A stretch of 64,000 nucleotides of DNA from Octopus sinensis (Eukaryota), in assembly GCF_006345805.1 (NCBI RefSeq), contig NC_042998.1, positions 94,550,001 through 94,614,000 on the forward strand, in the 5' to 3' direction. The notes beneath the pieces are model-generated. The model did no database searches. It saw nothing but the letters and a program-made list of their open reading frames with translations, and had not been told where the DNA came from. Positions 1 to 11,860 of this stretch are shown here, piece by piece. The translations under genes and the position numbers were made by a program. Position 1 is the first letter of the stretch. Each line of letters opens with the position of its first letter.

Positions 1-116
1 ACTTTCTGTAGAAGCTATACAAGACATTCCATTCCAATGTCTTTCAACCATTTGTCTATATCATTACTCACAGTTGCTGATGCACCAATTATTACAGGCA
101 CATCTGTTACAGTTAT

Positions 117-117
<1 letters not shown>

Positions 118-162
<45 letters not shown>

Positions 163-475
163 CATTATCATCTTCATCATCATTATTATTATTATCATCA
201 TTATTATCACCATCATTATTATTATTATCATCATTATTATCATTATTATTATCATCATCATTATTATTATTATCATCATTATTATTATTATCATCATTAT
301 TATTATCATCATCATTATTATTATTATCATCATTATTATTATCATCATCATCATTATTATCATCATCATTATTATTATTATCATCATCATTATCATCATC
401 ATTATTATTATTATTATTATCATCATCATCATTACTATTATTATTATTATTATTATTATTACTATTATTATTTAT
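118..475. repeat. Mixed (TAT)n/(CAT)n trinucleotide array
   Basis: About 120 consecutive triplets that are TAT or CAT (a few TAC); this produces the poly-Y/H, poly-I and poly-N/D ORFs in the track. Confidence 0.97.
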
Positions 476-479
476 GATT

Positions 480-690
480 TCAAATTTTGGCACATGACCA
501 GCAATTTTGAGAGAAGGAGTAAATTGATTACATTGACCCTAGTGTTCTACTGGTATTTTATTGACCTTGAAAGAGATGAATGGCAAAGTCAATCTTGGTG
601 GACTTGAAACACAGAAGAATGTGAAGATAAACAAAATGCTGCTAAGCATTTTGCCTGGCTTGCTAACCATTCTGCCAGCTTACCACCTTA
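480..690 (-). mobile_element. SINE family A (tRNA-like head, ATT-associated), decayed
   Basis: Reverse complement of the head aggtgg.aagctggcagaat.gttagc...aaatgcttagc, shared with the copies at 20.6, 24.0, 41.5-42.4, 57.2 and 62.2 kb. Confidence 0.8.
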
Positions 691-827
691 ATTAGTAATA
701 ATAATAGTAATAATAATAATAATGATGATTAACCAGGCATTTCCCCCAGAGTATCTAACTGGAGATACACTATTTAAAAAGTGTAATATTAAGTAACAGT
801 GACCACAATGGATACTAGTCAGTTTAA

Positions 828-1047
828 CCCTTTCGTTACTGTATTTATTTTGAGATGCTCTGTGTTTTCTTCAATTACTTCAAATATAACAAAGAATTTA
901 GTAAAATAACTAAGTTATCATTAAGCTAGTGTTAGGAACATAAATTGTGACTAAGGTTTGGTGGAAGATTTTAATTCAAAACTTATGGAAGCAAGACATT
1001 CGTACTCAGAGCCAGAGCTGGTTTCAGCCGGGATGGCAACGAAAGGG
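828..1047. mobile_element. piggyBac-type MITE family P1
   Basis: TTAA|CCCTTTCGTTAC ... GCAACGAAAGGG|TCAA terminal inverted repeats; the body matches the 62676-62896 copy in reverse. Confidence 0.85.
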
Positions 1048-1629
1048 TCAATCTCTGCTTTTACTTCTCTACTATATTCAGCTTCCCTCCCTGCCTCTGT
1101 TCTTTTTTTTTTTTTTTCTTTGATCTTCTCAGACTCACTAAATAACTTTTCTGTAGTCATCTGTGTTCTAATTTTTTTAATTTTCTAAAGTTTCAAAACA
1201 ATTACTTTTATTTCATTCAAAAAGAAAATCTTGCAAACAATATGAGTTTAGCTTTCCCCCAGGAATAAAAACAAAGGTGTAATTCAAAAATACCACCAAT
1301 AAATAAATAAATAATAGGCTATAAATAAATAAATAAATGTATAAATAGACTTGTAATTCAGTTTAAATTTAAGTGTTCACAGCTTACAAATGAGAAAATC
1401 TCAAGTTTCGTATGAGAATGGTGACAAATTCTAAGAGATACATTTAACTAGAAACCCCTCTTGATCTCAGCTATGATGTTGAGTAAAAATAAGAATGTTT
1501 TAATTGTAAGGTTTCTCTGTAATCCCATATGCCTAAATAGCTTCTTGATAACTTCTCCGTTGGCTCATCTTAAGCTTCTCAAATAGAATTTACAATTATT
1601 ATACACTCTGATGGAAAAACCTGATACAT

Positions 1630-1712
1630 AATCTCTCCCTCTCTTTCTCTTTTTTTTTGTTTTTATTTTTTTCTCCCTTTCCCTTTCCCTCTCTCATTTT
1701 CCTCAGGTTAGT
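1630..1712 (+). other. Strong 3' splice site abutting a donor-like motif (CAG|GTTAGT), candidate recursive splice site
   Basis: About 70-nt pyrimidine tract ending tttcctcag at 1706, followed directly by GTTAGT at 1707-1712. Confidence 0.4.
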
Positions 1713-2016
1713 TTATAAAGTGATATTATCAACAAAAGATGGAACAGTAATATATTTTTCCCAGGCCAATTTATAGCGGTTTATTTATATATTTTTTCAC
1801 AGTTAGATGGGGGGAGGGGGATAAAAAATAAATACAAAACGGAGCACTTTTTAAAGGTTAGAACTTAGATAGTTAAGTATTTTATAATAGCCAGTAAACA
1901 GCACATTTTAAAAAGTAGCTTTAAAAAAATTCTTTTGGTGATTGTTTTAAAAACATATTTGGATTGTATTTTGCTTCTATATTAATTCTGTGTCTGTCCA
2001 TCTATCTATCTATCTA

Positions 2017-2049
<33 letters not shown>

Positions 2050-2557
2050 CATACATACATACATACACTTACAACTTAGATAAATGGATAATAAAACTTT
2101 ATTCAACTATGATTGCATAAAAATTGGGACTAAAATTTCTTCTCAAACTATAAAACAACAATGTATTTACTTTTACGTATGAAGTTTCCATTTGTTGGAA
2201 GTCTCCATAGTGGTGGTGTAGGACCCTTGACAAAGTTAAATATGTCACACAATTACAAAAATATGTCTATTTTGTACCATCAGTAGTATGACCATCACAA
2301 AACCGTAACATTGTAAAGAATGTGTTGTTTCTCTGCAGTGTATGGTTTTATTCTCATCTCTCAGTCTGCAGGTATAGGGGCAGGCATGGGGGTCTTCTTG
2401 AGGAGCTCTCTTGGCAGCCTTGTAGTTTTGGGTCCTACTGCACAGCACCTTAGGCAAGTGTCTTTTACTGTAAACCTCGACTGATCATTGCCTTGTGAGA
2501 GAATGAATTTGGTACATGGAAACTGTGTGGAAGCCCGTGTGTGTGTGTGTATTTATA

Positions 2558-4039
2558 TTGGGTCATCCCATAAATAATGCGTTTTTATTATACTTCTTTT
2601 ATTTTTCAAAATTAAGATAAAGTTCTTTTTTAATCTAAAATATACTGTTTTTCATTTTCTACTATGCTCTTCCATCTTCTGGTAGACTTGCCCCCCTTCC
2701 AAAATTCACTTTTCCATGATAAAAAATAATCCTCCGGTACTGTTCTGACCTTGTCTACAGAATTCATATTTTTTCTGTCCAAATGATTTTGAAGATTGCA
2801 GAATAAATGATAATCAGATGATGCAGTGTCTGGTGAATATGGTGGGTGGGGCATTGTTTCTCATTCAAACTGCTCTGGCCTTTGGAATGTCATCTTTGTT
2901 GTATGTGGCTGAGCATTATCATGTTGGAAGAACACCTTTCATCTTGAAACCAAAGATGGTCATTTTCTTCTAGAGCTGTCTTAAGCTGTTCAACCTGCTC
3001 GCAGTAGATCTCCTTTGTTATTGTTTGGTCTGGGTTTAAAAGTTCAAAGTGGACTAAACCTTTCACATCTCGCCAAACAAATAACAACACCTTACATGGC
3101 TGAAGATCTTCTTTAGCCTGTTTCTCCTTTCCTTACCCACTGTCTTTGGCACTTGACATTTTTATAGAGAATTCGAGCGTGATCGTTACCAGCGTCACCT
3201 TACTGTGCTGGTGGCAAGTGTAAAAAGATTTGAATGAGGTCGTTGCGTGTACCGCCTGACTGGCCTCATGCTGGTGGCACGTAAAAAGCACCCACTACAC
3301 TCGGAGTGGTTGGCATTAGGAAGGGCATCCAGCTGTAGAAACTCTGGTGCAGCCATCTGGTTCACCAGCCCTCAGTCAAAATCGTCCAACCCATGCTAGC
3401 ATGGAAAGCGGACGTTAAACGATGATGATGAACCCATTTCTCATCACCAATCACTATTCAGTCCTAAAAAGGTTAATTTGTGAGACACGACAGCAAAGAA
3501 GAGCACACATTCACTCTGCGCGATTAGACTCGGAAAGTTTGTGAGGAACTCATTGACCCAATTTCCTGACTTTTCCGATGACATGCAGGTATCAGTGGTT
3601 GAATGTCCAAATCCAAGCTTCTACCAGGGTTTGCAGGACATCCTTGTCAAGCTCTACAGATCTTCCAGGACGAGGCTCATCTTCTAGGCTGTAGTTTCCG
3701 GCTTGGAATTTCTGCAACCACCGTTGACACTGGCTTACACTTATTGTCTGATCCCTATGTACTGCATTAATATTCCTTGCACTTTCCGTTGTGTTGCTGC
3801 CTTTATTGAGCTCATAAAGCAAAATATACTGAATTTGCTACTTCGTCACTTCCATTATAGCTTTGAAAAAAATAACTGTTAATCTCAAACTGCACTCTTC
3901 AAAACTTGCACAGAGAATAAGAACATGGTAAAATTACTACCTGCTTTTATAGCAAGTTGATGTAGGTAGTTTATCCCGTCCCCATCCAACTTTTTAGTTC
4001 ATATAATTGAAAAAACACATTATTTATGGGATGACTCAA
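2558..4039 (-). mobile_element. Degenerate full-length mariner (Tc1/mariner) transposon, transposase pseudogene
   Basis: TIRs ttgggtcatcccataaataatgcg / cacattatttatgggatgactcaa, with TA at the left end. Minus-strand fragments: N-terminal HTH (ARNINAV...QRW.QKF...SLEDEPRPGR), IVIGDEKWV, VWRDVKGLVHFELL, HPPYSPDTASSDYHLF. Stops and frameshifts present. Confidence 0.95.
3172..3431 (+). mobile_element. SINE family C (RTE-like 3' end, (TGA)n tail) inserted in the mariner
   Basis: ggagtggttggcattaggaagggcatccagctgtagaaac...caacccatgctagcatggaaagcggacgttaaacgatgatgatg; it splits the transposase just after the GDEKWV motif. Confidence 0.9.
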
Positions 4040-4287
4040 CGTGTGTGTATACGCGTGCGTGCATGCATGCGTTTTTTTGAAAAAATTAATAGAAATGGCT
4101 TTTCTGATAATTTTTCCACTTTAATAATTAGGTGTTTATAAGTTTTTAGGTGTTTACCTTTTGTAAACACCTAAAAGCTTATAACATCTAATTATTAAAG
4201 TGGAAAAATTATCAGAAAAGCCATTTCTATTAATTTTTTTCAAATATATAATACTGTACCAGTCTTTCTACTCCTTATACTACTATA

Positions 4288-4317
<30 letters not shown>

Positions 4318-4337
<20 letters not shown>

Positions 4338-4500
4338 ATTTACATCTTCCATGCTTGTAAGCCAGAGAACTGCGCCAGGCTTCACTGTCTGCTTTGGCAT
4401 AGTTTTTTACAGCTGGATGCCAACCACTTTACAGAGTGTATTGGGTGCTTTTTATGTGGCATCAACACCAGCAAAGCCACCAAGTAACTTGCAAAACAAA
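4318..4500 (-). mobile_element. SINE family C, decayed
   Basis: Reverse match (ttttacagctggatgcc...gagtgtattgggtgctttttatgtggca) to the family C core. Confidence 0.7.
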
Positions 4501-4644
4501 CCTCCCACAACTGAGAGGAGTGGTATTGAAGGAGGTGGTGTTTTACCAGGGGATGAGGTTAGAGAAGGACAGGGACAGAAACTGATGTAGAGGAGGTATA
4601 TGGTAACCTTAGGGTAACCATATAGGAGAGAGAGAGAGAGAGAG

Positions 4645-4810
4645 AGAGAGAATGTGTGCGTGTGGTGCTTTTTGTTTGTTTTCCATACTGCTTGACAGCT
4701 GGTGTTGGTTTGTCCCTGTGACTTAGTGGTTCAGCAAAAAAGACTGATAGAACAAGTAGCAGGGTCAATCAGTTTAAATAAAACCCTTTGACGTGGTGCC
4801 CCAGCATGTA
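4645..4810 (+). mobile_element. SINE family B, 3' half
   Basis: cttgacagctggtgttggtttgtccctgtgacttagtggttcagcaaaaaagactgatagaac...gtggtgccccagcatg, shared with the other B copies. Confidence 0.75.
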
Positions 4811-4874
4811 TGTATATATATATGTATGTATGTATATATGTATGTATATATGTATATTTATATATATGTATATG

Positions 4875-4923
<49 letters not shown>

Positions 4924-5680
4924 ATTTATATATATATATAATGTATATATATATATGTTATATATATTATATATTATATATATATATGTATGTATATTAT
5001 ATATATATGTATATGTATGTATATTTATATATATATGTATATGTATGTATATTTATATATATATGTATATGTATGTATATTTATATATATATGTATATGT
5101 ATGTATATTTATATATATATGTATATGTATGTATGTATATTTATATATATATGTATATGTATGTATGTATATTTATATATATATGTATATGTATGTATGT
5201 ATATTTATATATATATGTATATGTATGTATATATTATATTATATATATGTATATGTATATATATATATGTGTATATATATATGTATATATATGTATATGT
5301 AGTATATTTTATATATATGTATATATGTATGTATATTTATATATATTGTATATGTATGTATGTATATTTATATATATATATTATATGTATGTATGTATAT
5401 TTATATATATATGTATATGTATATGTATGTATATTTATATATATATGTATATGTATATGTATGTATATTATATATATATATATATGTATAGTATGTATAT
5501 TTATATATATATGTATATGTATGTATATTTATATATATATATTATATGTATGTATATTTATATATATATTATATGTATGTATATTTATATATATATGTAT
5601 ATGTATGTATGTATATATATATAATATGTATATATGTATATTATATATATATGTATATATATATATATTATATATATATG

Positions 5681-5717
<37 letters not shown>

Positions 5718-5820
5718 GTATATATATATGTATATATAATATATATATATATATATGTATATATATATTATATTATATATATATATGTATTATATATATA
5801 TGTATATATATATATATAAT

Positions 5821-5859
<39 letters not shown>

Positions 5860-6062
5860 CTATATATATATATAGTATATATATATATATATTATATATA
5901 ATATATATATGTATATATATAATATATATATGTATATAATGTATATATATATATGTAATATATATATGTATATATATAATATATATATGTATATATGTAT
6001 GTATATTTAATATATATGTATATATGTATATATATATGTATATGTATATATATGTATATATG

Positions 6063-6111
<49 letters not shown>

Positions 6112-6266
6112 TATATATGTATATATTATATATATTATATATATATATATATATGTATGTATATATATATCTATGTATATATATATATATATATATGTGT
6201 ATATATATATATATAATATGTATATATATATATATAATATATATATATGTATATAATATATATATG

Positions 6267-6298
<32 letters not shown>

Positions 6299-6351
6299 AT
6301 ATATATGTATATATATATATATATATATGTATTATATATATATATATATGT

Positions 6352-6410
<59 letters not shown>

Positions 6411-6574
6411 TATGTATATATATATATGTGTATATATATATATGTATATATAATATATATATATGTATATATAATATATATATATATGTATATCTGGCCT
6501 GGTGCAGCCTTCGGGCTTCCCATACCCCAGTTGAACCGTCCAACCCATGCTAGCATGGAAGCGGACGTTAAACG

Positions 6575-6612
<38 letters not shown>

Positions 6613-6754
6613 TATATATATATATGTATGTATATTTATTATATATGTATATATATATATATATATGTAATATATATATATATAATATGTATATATATAT
6701 ATATATGTATATATATTATATATGTATATATATATTATATATGTATATATATAT

Positions 6755-6803
<49 letters not shown>
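4807..6803. repeat. About 2-kb degenerate (TA)n / TATG micro-minisatellite
   Basis: Almost only A/T with periodic G; a higher-order unit of about 26-32 nt (atgtatatgtatgtatatttatatatat) recurs at about 5000-5600. Confidence 0.97.
6495..6612 (+). mobile_element. 5'-truncated SINE family C with expanded (TGA)n tail inside the TA array
   Basis: ctggtgcagcc...ccgtccaacccatgctagcatggaagcggacgttaaacg followed by (tga)n. Confidence 0.9.
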
Positions 6804-6806
<3 letters not shown>

Positions 6807-7514
6807 ATCATCTTTTTTTTTTTTTGTTAATTATAGGAATTTTCTTTGCTGAAGTATAATTAATGAAAATGGCAAAAAAAAAAAAAAGATGTGTTTTTTA
6901 AAAATTTTATTTTGATTATTATCAATGCTTCTGCTCTGCTCAATCGTTTGTTGAGATTATGCAACACTTTGCTCTGGCTTTTTCCAAAATATTTATTTTT
7001 CAGTGAGTTGTTTTCAATTTGTTGATCTGATTTTGATTTGTTGTCAGCAGCCATTTATGTTTCCAATATTTTAGATTAAATTTATTTGCTTTATTTTTTT
7101 CTTCTTCCAAGTCCATTCCATAAGGAAATAATTGATCCTTTAAAATTACTTAAATAAAACATGAGTGAATTAAAAGTGAAATTCTGATTTATCAATAAAC
7201 TATTGGTTTTAAACCATTGCCAATTTTTAAACTACCCATTATTACTTGCTGCTGTTATTGTTTAACCCTAGGTCAGTTTCAGTCATAGGTACTCCAGATT
7301 ATCTTGTCTTATTCTCAGATTATGTATCTAATGTGTCTTTCCATTGTATTTAAGTAATATTGTGGCATGAGAAAGACAGGCTGCTATTTTTTAGCAGGTT
7401 CAACAACCATATAGTGGCTCCTTCATTGGCTTGCATATTGCATTTCAGTTTTGGGAGGTAGTTGTATTCAGACCTTGTAGGTTTAATAATAAAAATGATG
7501 GACTCTCTCGTCAA

Positions 7515-7765
7515 CCTGCACAATGATTTTGTTTATAGTAATCAAATGTATGTGCCATGCATTAGCTCACTCCCTCCATCCAAATTAATGTTGCCTTAAT
7601 GGGTGCATATATGGTGTACCACATATCAAGTGTCTAAGTGATTGCTGAGTAACATGAGATGAAGTGTTTTGCTCAAGAACACAATGCATCACCCAATCTA
7701 AGAATTGAAACCACAATCTCATGATTGTGAGTGCAACACTAACCACCAGGTCATGTGTCTTCATA
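7515..7765 (-). mobile_element. SINE family D (CORE-like central block), decayed
   Basis: gagtaacatgagatgaagtgttttgctcaagaacacaatgc...gaattgaaaccacaatc is the reverse of the 18432-18700 copy. Confidence 0.6.
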
Positions 7766-7799
7766 CGATATAATAATAATAATAATTATAATAATAATA

Positions 7800-8150
7800 A
7801 TCTTTTCTACTGGAAGCACAAGGCCTCAAATTTTGGAAGGGATTAAATCGATTACTGGTGCTAATTTTATCGACCCCAAAAGTATGAAAGGCAAAGTTTA
7901 CCTCAGCGGAATTTGAACTTAGAACATAATGGCAGACGAAATACTGTTAAGCATTTCACTTGGCATGCTAACGATTCTGCCAGCTCACTGCCTTATTTAA
8001 TAATAATAATAATCCTTCCTGTTATAAGTAGAAGGCCTGATATTTTGGGAGAGGAGACCAGTCGATTACATCGACTCCAGTATTTCACTGGTACTTAATT
8101 TATTGACCCCAAAAGGATGAAGGGTAAAGTTGACCTGGGCAGAAATACCA
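7800..8150 (-). mobile_element. Two tandem SINE family A copies separated by (TAA)n
   Basis: Each starts (+ strand) tc.tt.c.actataggcacaaggcct.aaattt; the first ends ctaacgattctgccagctcactgcctt. Confidence 0.85.
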
Positions 8151-8490
8151 CTAATAGAACTGAAGTTAAATTTACATTTATTTTCTCAGAAATGAGTTTT
8201 TGATTTTTTTAAGACCTCTCTAACAGTTTCTGAACAGATAAGGTACTGCTTAAATACTCAGTGAGATAAAACCACTTCAAATTCTGTTCAGAAGCTACTG
8301 GCATAATTGAAAAGAAGTTAATTAACAAGAGATGTATTAAACTTATTCAAGAATGAAGATAGACTGTGAATTTATAATTATTGTTTGAAATATATATTAA
8401 ACTGATTAAAATAACTTTAAAAATTACCAAGCAAGCAATATTTTCTCTTATTTATTTTTTGTTATCTTGTGCCAGTTGTCTGTTAATTAA

Positions 8491-8683
8491 ACCTTTTAAT
8501 GTTTAAACCAGCTAAATGTTACTTTTTATTTTTATCTGGCCTCTCACACCTCTCTTACAATGTCATTCTAAATATAAAGCAACCACATCATCAATATCCC
8601 AAAGCTATGAGATGATGCATGATTAAGAATAATCTAAATAAATAGGCATTAGATTTGCCAAAGTAATCTGAATACTTAAAGAG
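8491..8683. mobile_element. piggyBac-type MITE family P2
   Basis: TTAA at both ends; the body (ctggcctctcacacc...acaatgtcattctaaa...gtaatctgaat) is shared with the 12.6, 37.8, 53.0 and 61.2 kb copies. Confidence 0.75.
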
Positions 8684-8901
8684 TTAAGAAGTTTAACCAG
8701 TGAGGCAGCCAAAATATGCCAGTCTCATAACCAGTAGGGAAGTTCAGCAGGTTTTTATGCCCCACTCCCATTTTATGCAAATATAATTACTTAATTTTAA
8801 TTTTGCATTTTCCCCAAATTGAATGGCATTTAGAGGATTTCATATTAATTATTGAAACCACTCCCTTCAGTTGAAATCATAACTACACCCATGTAAGTTG
8901 A

Positions 8902-9574
8902 CATGGGACCACTATGTTAACTTATAGCTATTAGGTATTCAAAATATTAATTCGTCTTATGTTCATAATGTCCTTTTAAATGAAATTAAAATAGCTCACA
9001 AACGAAATGCATTTTCATTTTTCAGTACTATTGATTAAACAAAGAAGTTTTGAACTTTGCATTCATTAGGTGGCTGTATGGTAAGAAGCTTGCTTCCTAG
9101 ACACATGGCACCTTGGGCAAGTGTCTTCTAATATAGCCTCAAACCAACCAAAGCCTTGTCAGTGGATTTGGTAGATGGAAACTGAAAGAAGACCATCATA
9201 TATGTGTGTTTATGTCTCTGTAACTTAGTGGTTCAGCAAAAGGGACTGATAAAATAAGTACCAGGCTTTGAAAAAATATTATTAGGATCAATTTGTTTGA
9301 CTAAAATTCTTGAAGGTGGTGCCCCAGCATGGCTGCAGTCTAATGACTGAAACAAGTAAAAGGTAAAGACACTTGTGTAAATTCATATGGAACCACTATA
9401 TTATTTAACTTAGAGCTAAACGTACTATTTGGTATTTGTAATATTAATTTCCCTTCTGTTCATTATGTCCTTCTGAATGAAATTCAAGTACCACACAAGC
9501 AAAATGAATTTTCAATTCTCAAGACTTAACAGATATTAATTAAACAAAGAAGTTTTGAACTTTGTACTCGTTAG
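8902..9574 (+). repeat. Diverged direct duplication of about 170 bp (8902-9069 and 9384-9574) separated by a SINE B
   Basis: Colinear blocks gg.accactat, gttcat.atgtcctt.t.aatgaaatt and ttaaacaaagaagttttgaactttg occur in both copies. Confidence 0.85.
9068..9368 (+). mobile_element. SINE family B
   Basis: gtggctgtatggtaagaagcttgcttcc...ggcaccttgggcaagtgtcttct...gtggatttggtagatggaaactgaaagaag...atgactgaaacaagtaaaag. Confidence 0.9.
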
Positions 9575-10096
9575 TCAACAAGCAATTAACCCTTTGTAAT
9601 ATGGAATTTGAAGCAACAGAGTTGTTACAGAAAAACTTCAAGACTGCTTTGTCTGTTGACTGAATATGTTTTTGTTTTGATTGAAATCAACAAACTGACA
9701 CACATAAAGCAACTAGTTTCAAATTGTCCATTTAAAAATTTATCGGGATTCAAAATACAATTTAAAATTTTTATATTTGCATTCTCTTCGTATGTTCCCA
9801 AAGATAATATTCTTTCTTTCTTTATTATTTATTTATCTAAAGTTACTTATTGTATGAAATCTTTCTCCTTCATATTACACTAATCTCTGTCATCACTACA
9901 TAAAGGTCTTTACCAAAAAAAGAAAAGGAAAAGCTATGGAATGGATTCCCGGAAATTTTGATGGTAAAGTGTTCAGTTCTTTGACTGATTTATGTTGGTG
10001 GATTGCCTGATTGTGAAAAATAACAAAATATTAGTGCCTTGCAGTGTTTAGGCATAAGCAAAGTTTAGGTTAGTTAAAATACGTTTTCTGACATAT

Positions 10097-10305
10097 TTCA
10101 ATTGCTAAAAGGCAAATTCAATGCAGTTACCATGGAGAAAATATTTCTCTTATGGTAAAAAAAGTGTGAAAACACTCCATTAGTTGCTATCTATCAAGAC
10201 TCCCAGACATCAATGTTTCAAGCTAGTTAGCCTTTATCAATAGGAGGTACATAAGAGAAATATTTTCTACTGCAACTGCAGTGAATTTGCCTTTTAGCGG
10301 TTGAA
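10097..10305. repeat. Fold-back element with about 58-bp inverted arms (probable MITE)
   Basis: Arms ttcaattgctaaaaggcaaattcaatgcag...agaaaatatttctcttatg (10097-10154) and cataagagaaatattttct...ctgcagtgaatttgccttttagcggttgaa (10250-10305). Confidence 0.85.
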
Positions 10306-11578
10306 CTCTCCCCCCCTCTCTCTCTCTCACACACACACACAGTTTTAGAATGGAATTTGAAGTAGATAAAAGTTTAGGATTTGGGCAGCTTTTAACTTTT
10401 TCCTGCCCAAGGAGTTTGAAAAAAAAAAAACTCCTTTGTGTGTTTTTAATTCAATATTCTACTCACTATTGTTTATAGCTTTAGCTGCTTTGAGTTACAC
10501 CCCAGAAAAAAGAAAAGGAAAAAAGAATCTACTTCATTTCTTTGGAATTTTGTAAATTCATAGAATGTAAACATAAATGTTTTTATGTTTATTCTGAAGT
10601 GAATTTTAAATAATACCAAGGATTAAAATGGTATCAAATAATAGCAGTACATTACAAAGAAAGATATATTTGCTGATCTATGCATCTCTCTCTCTCAAAT
10701 ATACAACAGATTATTTTCATTGTGTGTGTGTGTGTGTGTGTTTTATGCATAATCATACAGAAAAGTAATCAGTATTAGCTAAAAATGTACTCTATAGGTA
10801 GAATATGAGACTTATTTGTATAAGAAAAAATTAGACAGTGACTTTAAAGTTTCATTAGTCAGCTTTATCTCTTTCATATACTTGGTAACCTACACAAGAA
10901 TATTTGATAAGCACATTAAATAAATTGCCTCTCACATCTATCTTGTTTAGGACTGTGGCTTTGCTGTAGCCCAAAGAGGGGGCAGTTGCCTAATCATAGA
11001 TTTATTCTCTATATCATTACTATACTTGATGGCATAATAGAGAGACACTTGCATCCCAGTTTCAGCAGTGCATATTCACGAAAAATGTTTCAAGTGCATT
11101 AAAGCATGTAATAATATAGTGAATTTAAAAAAAAAAAAAAAAAATTGGGGGGGGGGGGGGATTTTTTTTTTTAATGTGCCTTTTTTATGGACCATCAAAT
11201 ACTTGTCTCCTCTGTTTTTTTTTCTTTTTATAATTGAATTTTTACTTTTGAAATAATGGTTCTGAGCTTTCAAGTATTAGATTACTTAACTAACCAAATA
11301 TCATGAATGAAATTCTACACAGTGCCTCTTATCAACAATTGTAAAACTGTATTTAAATAGAAAAAGATTTTTTTTTTTCAATAGATATTCCCTTTTTTTT
11401 TCTCAAACTTATATTTTCATCCATTGAATTTATTTTTAATTTTATGTTTGTTTTTAGCACCTTTGAATTGCATTATACCTTCATTGCTTTACTAGAAGTT
11501 TGAAAAGGCAGAAAACCAACAGTGGTTCGTTAATGTCTCATGGGTTTCTCTTTTCTTTTTCCTCCTTTCTATCAACAG

Positions 11579-11602
11579 TCTGCTTAAATGCAAATTCAGA
11601 AG
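11579..11602 (+). CDS. Candidate 24-nt microexon, phase 1-1, xCLNANSEx
   Basis: Acceptor tttctcttttctttttcctcctttctatcaacag, donor AAG|gtaacc. Length is a multiple of 3; phase 0 is closed by TAA. Confidence 0.5.
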
Positions 11603-11812
11603 GTAACCAAGATTAAACTTCATTAATATAGCTATAAAGCAGTCTGTGGGTGAAAGATAGTCTTCTACGCTGTTGAAATTGTTGGGGTGGGAATAATGGA
11701 GGCGAGGGAAGGGGGGAAGCCATTAGCCAAATGTCAACAGTGGAATGACAACTTGTACAGAATATTGGTTTTTTATTTTATTTTATTTATTATTTTTCCT
11801 GATATTCTTCAG

Positions 11813-11860
11813 CTGTCCTCTTCTTCCAACTGTTTCATTCAAGATCTAGTAAACCAGCTG
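11813..11860 (+). CDS. Candidate 48-nt cassette exon, phase 1-1, xVLFFQLFHSRSSKPAx
   Basis: About 45-nt T-rich tract ending tcttcag, donor CTG|gtaaat. Multiple of 3; phase 2 is closed by TAG. TGCATG lies at 11954-11959. Confidence 0.55.

Noticed and set aside
37-607. Long ORFs of poly-Tyr/His, poly-Ile and poly-Asn/Asp
   Set aside because: Direct translation of the TAT/CAT microsatellite; all frames are open for compositional reasons.
4788-6852. Many overlapping Y/I/M/C/V-rich ORFs up to 278 aa
   Set aside because: Artefacts of the TA/TATG satellite.
6860-7054. Minus ORF MAADNKSKSDQQIENN...
   Set aside because: 64 aa, no recognisable family, no splice donor, and antisense to the inferred host gene.
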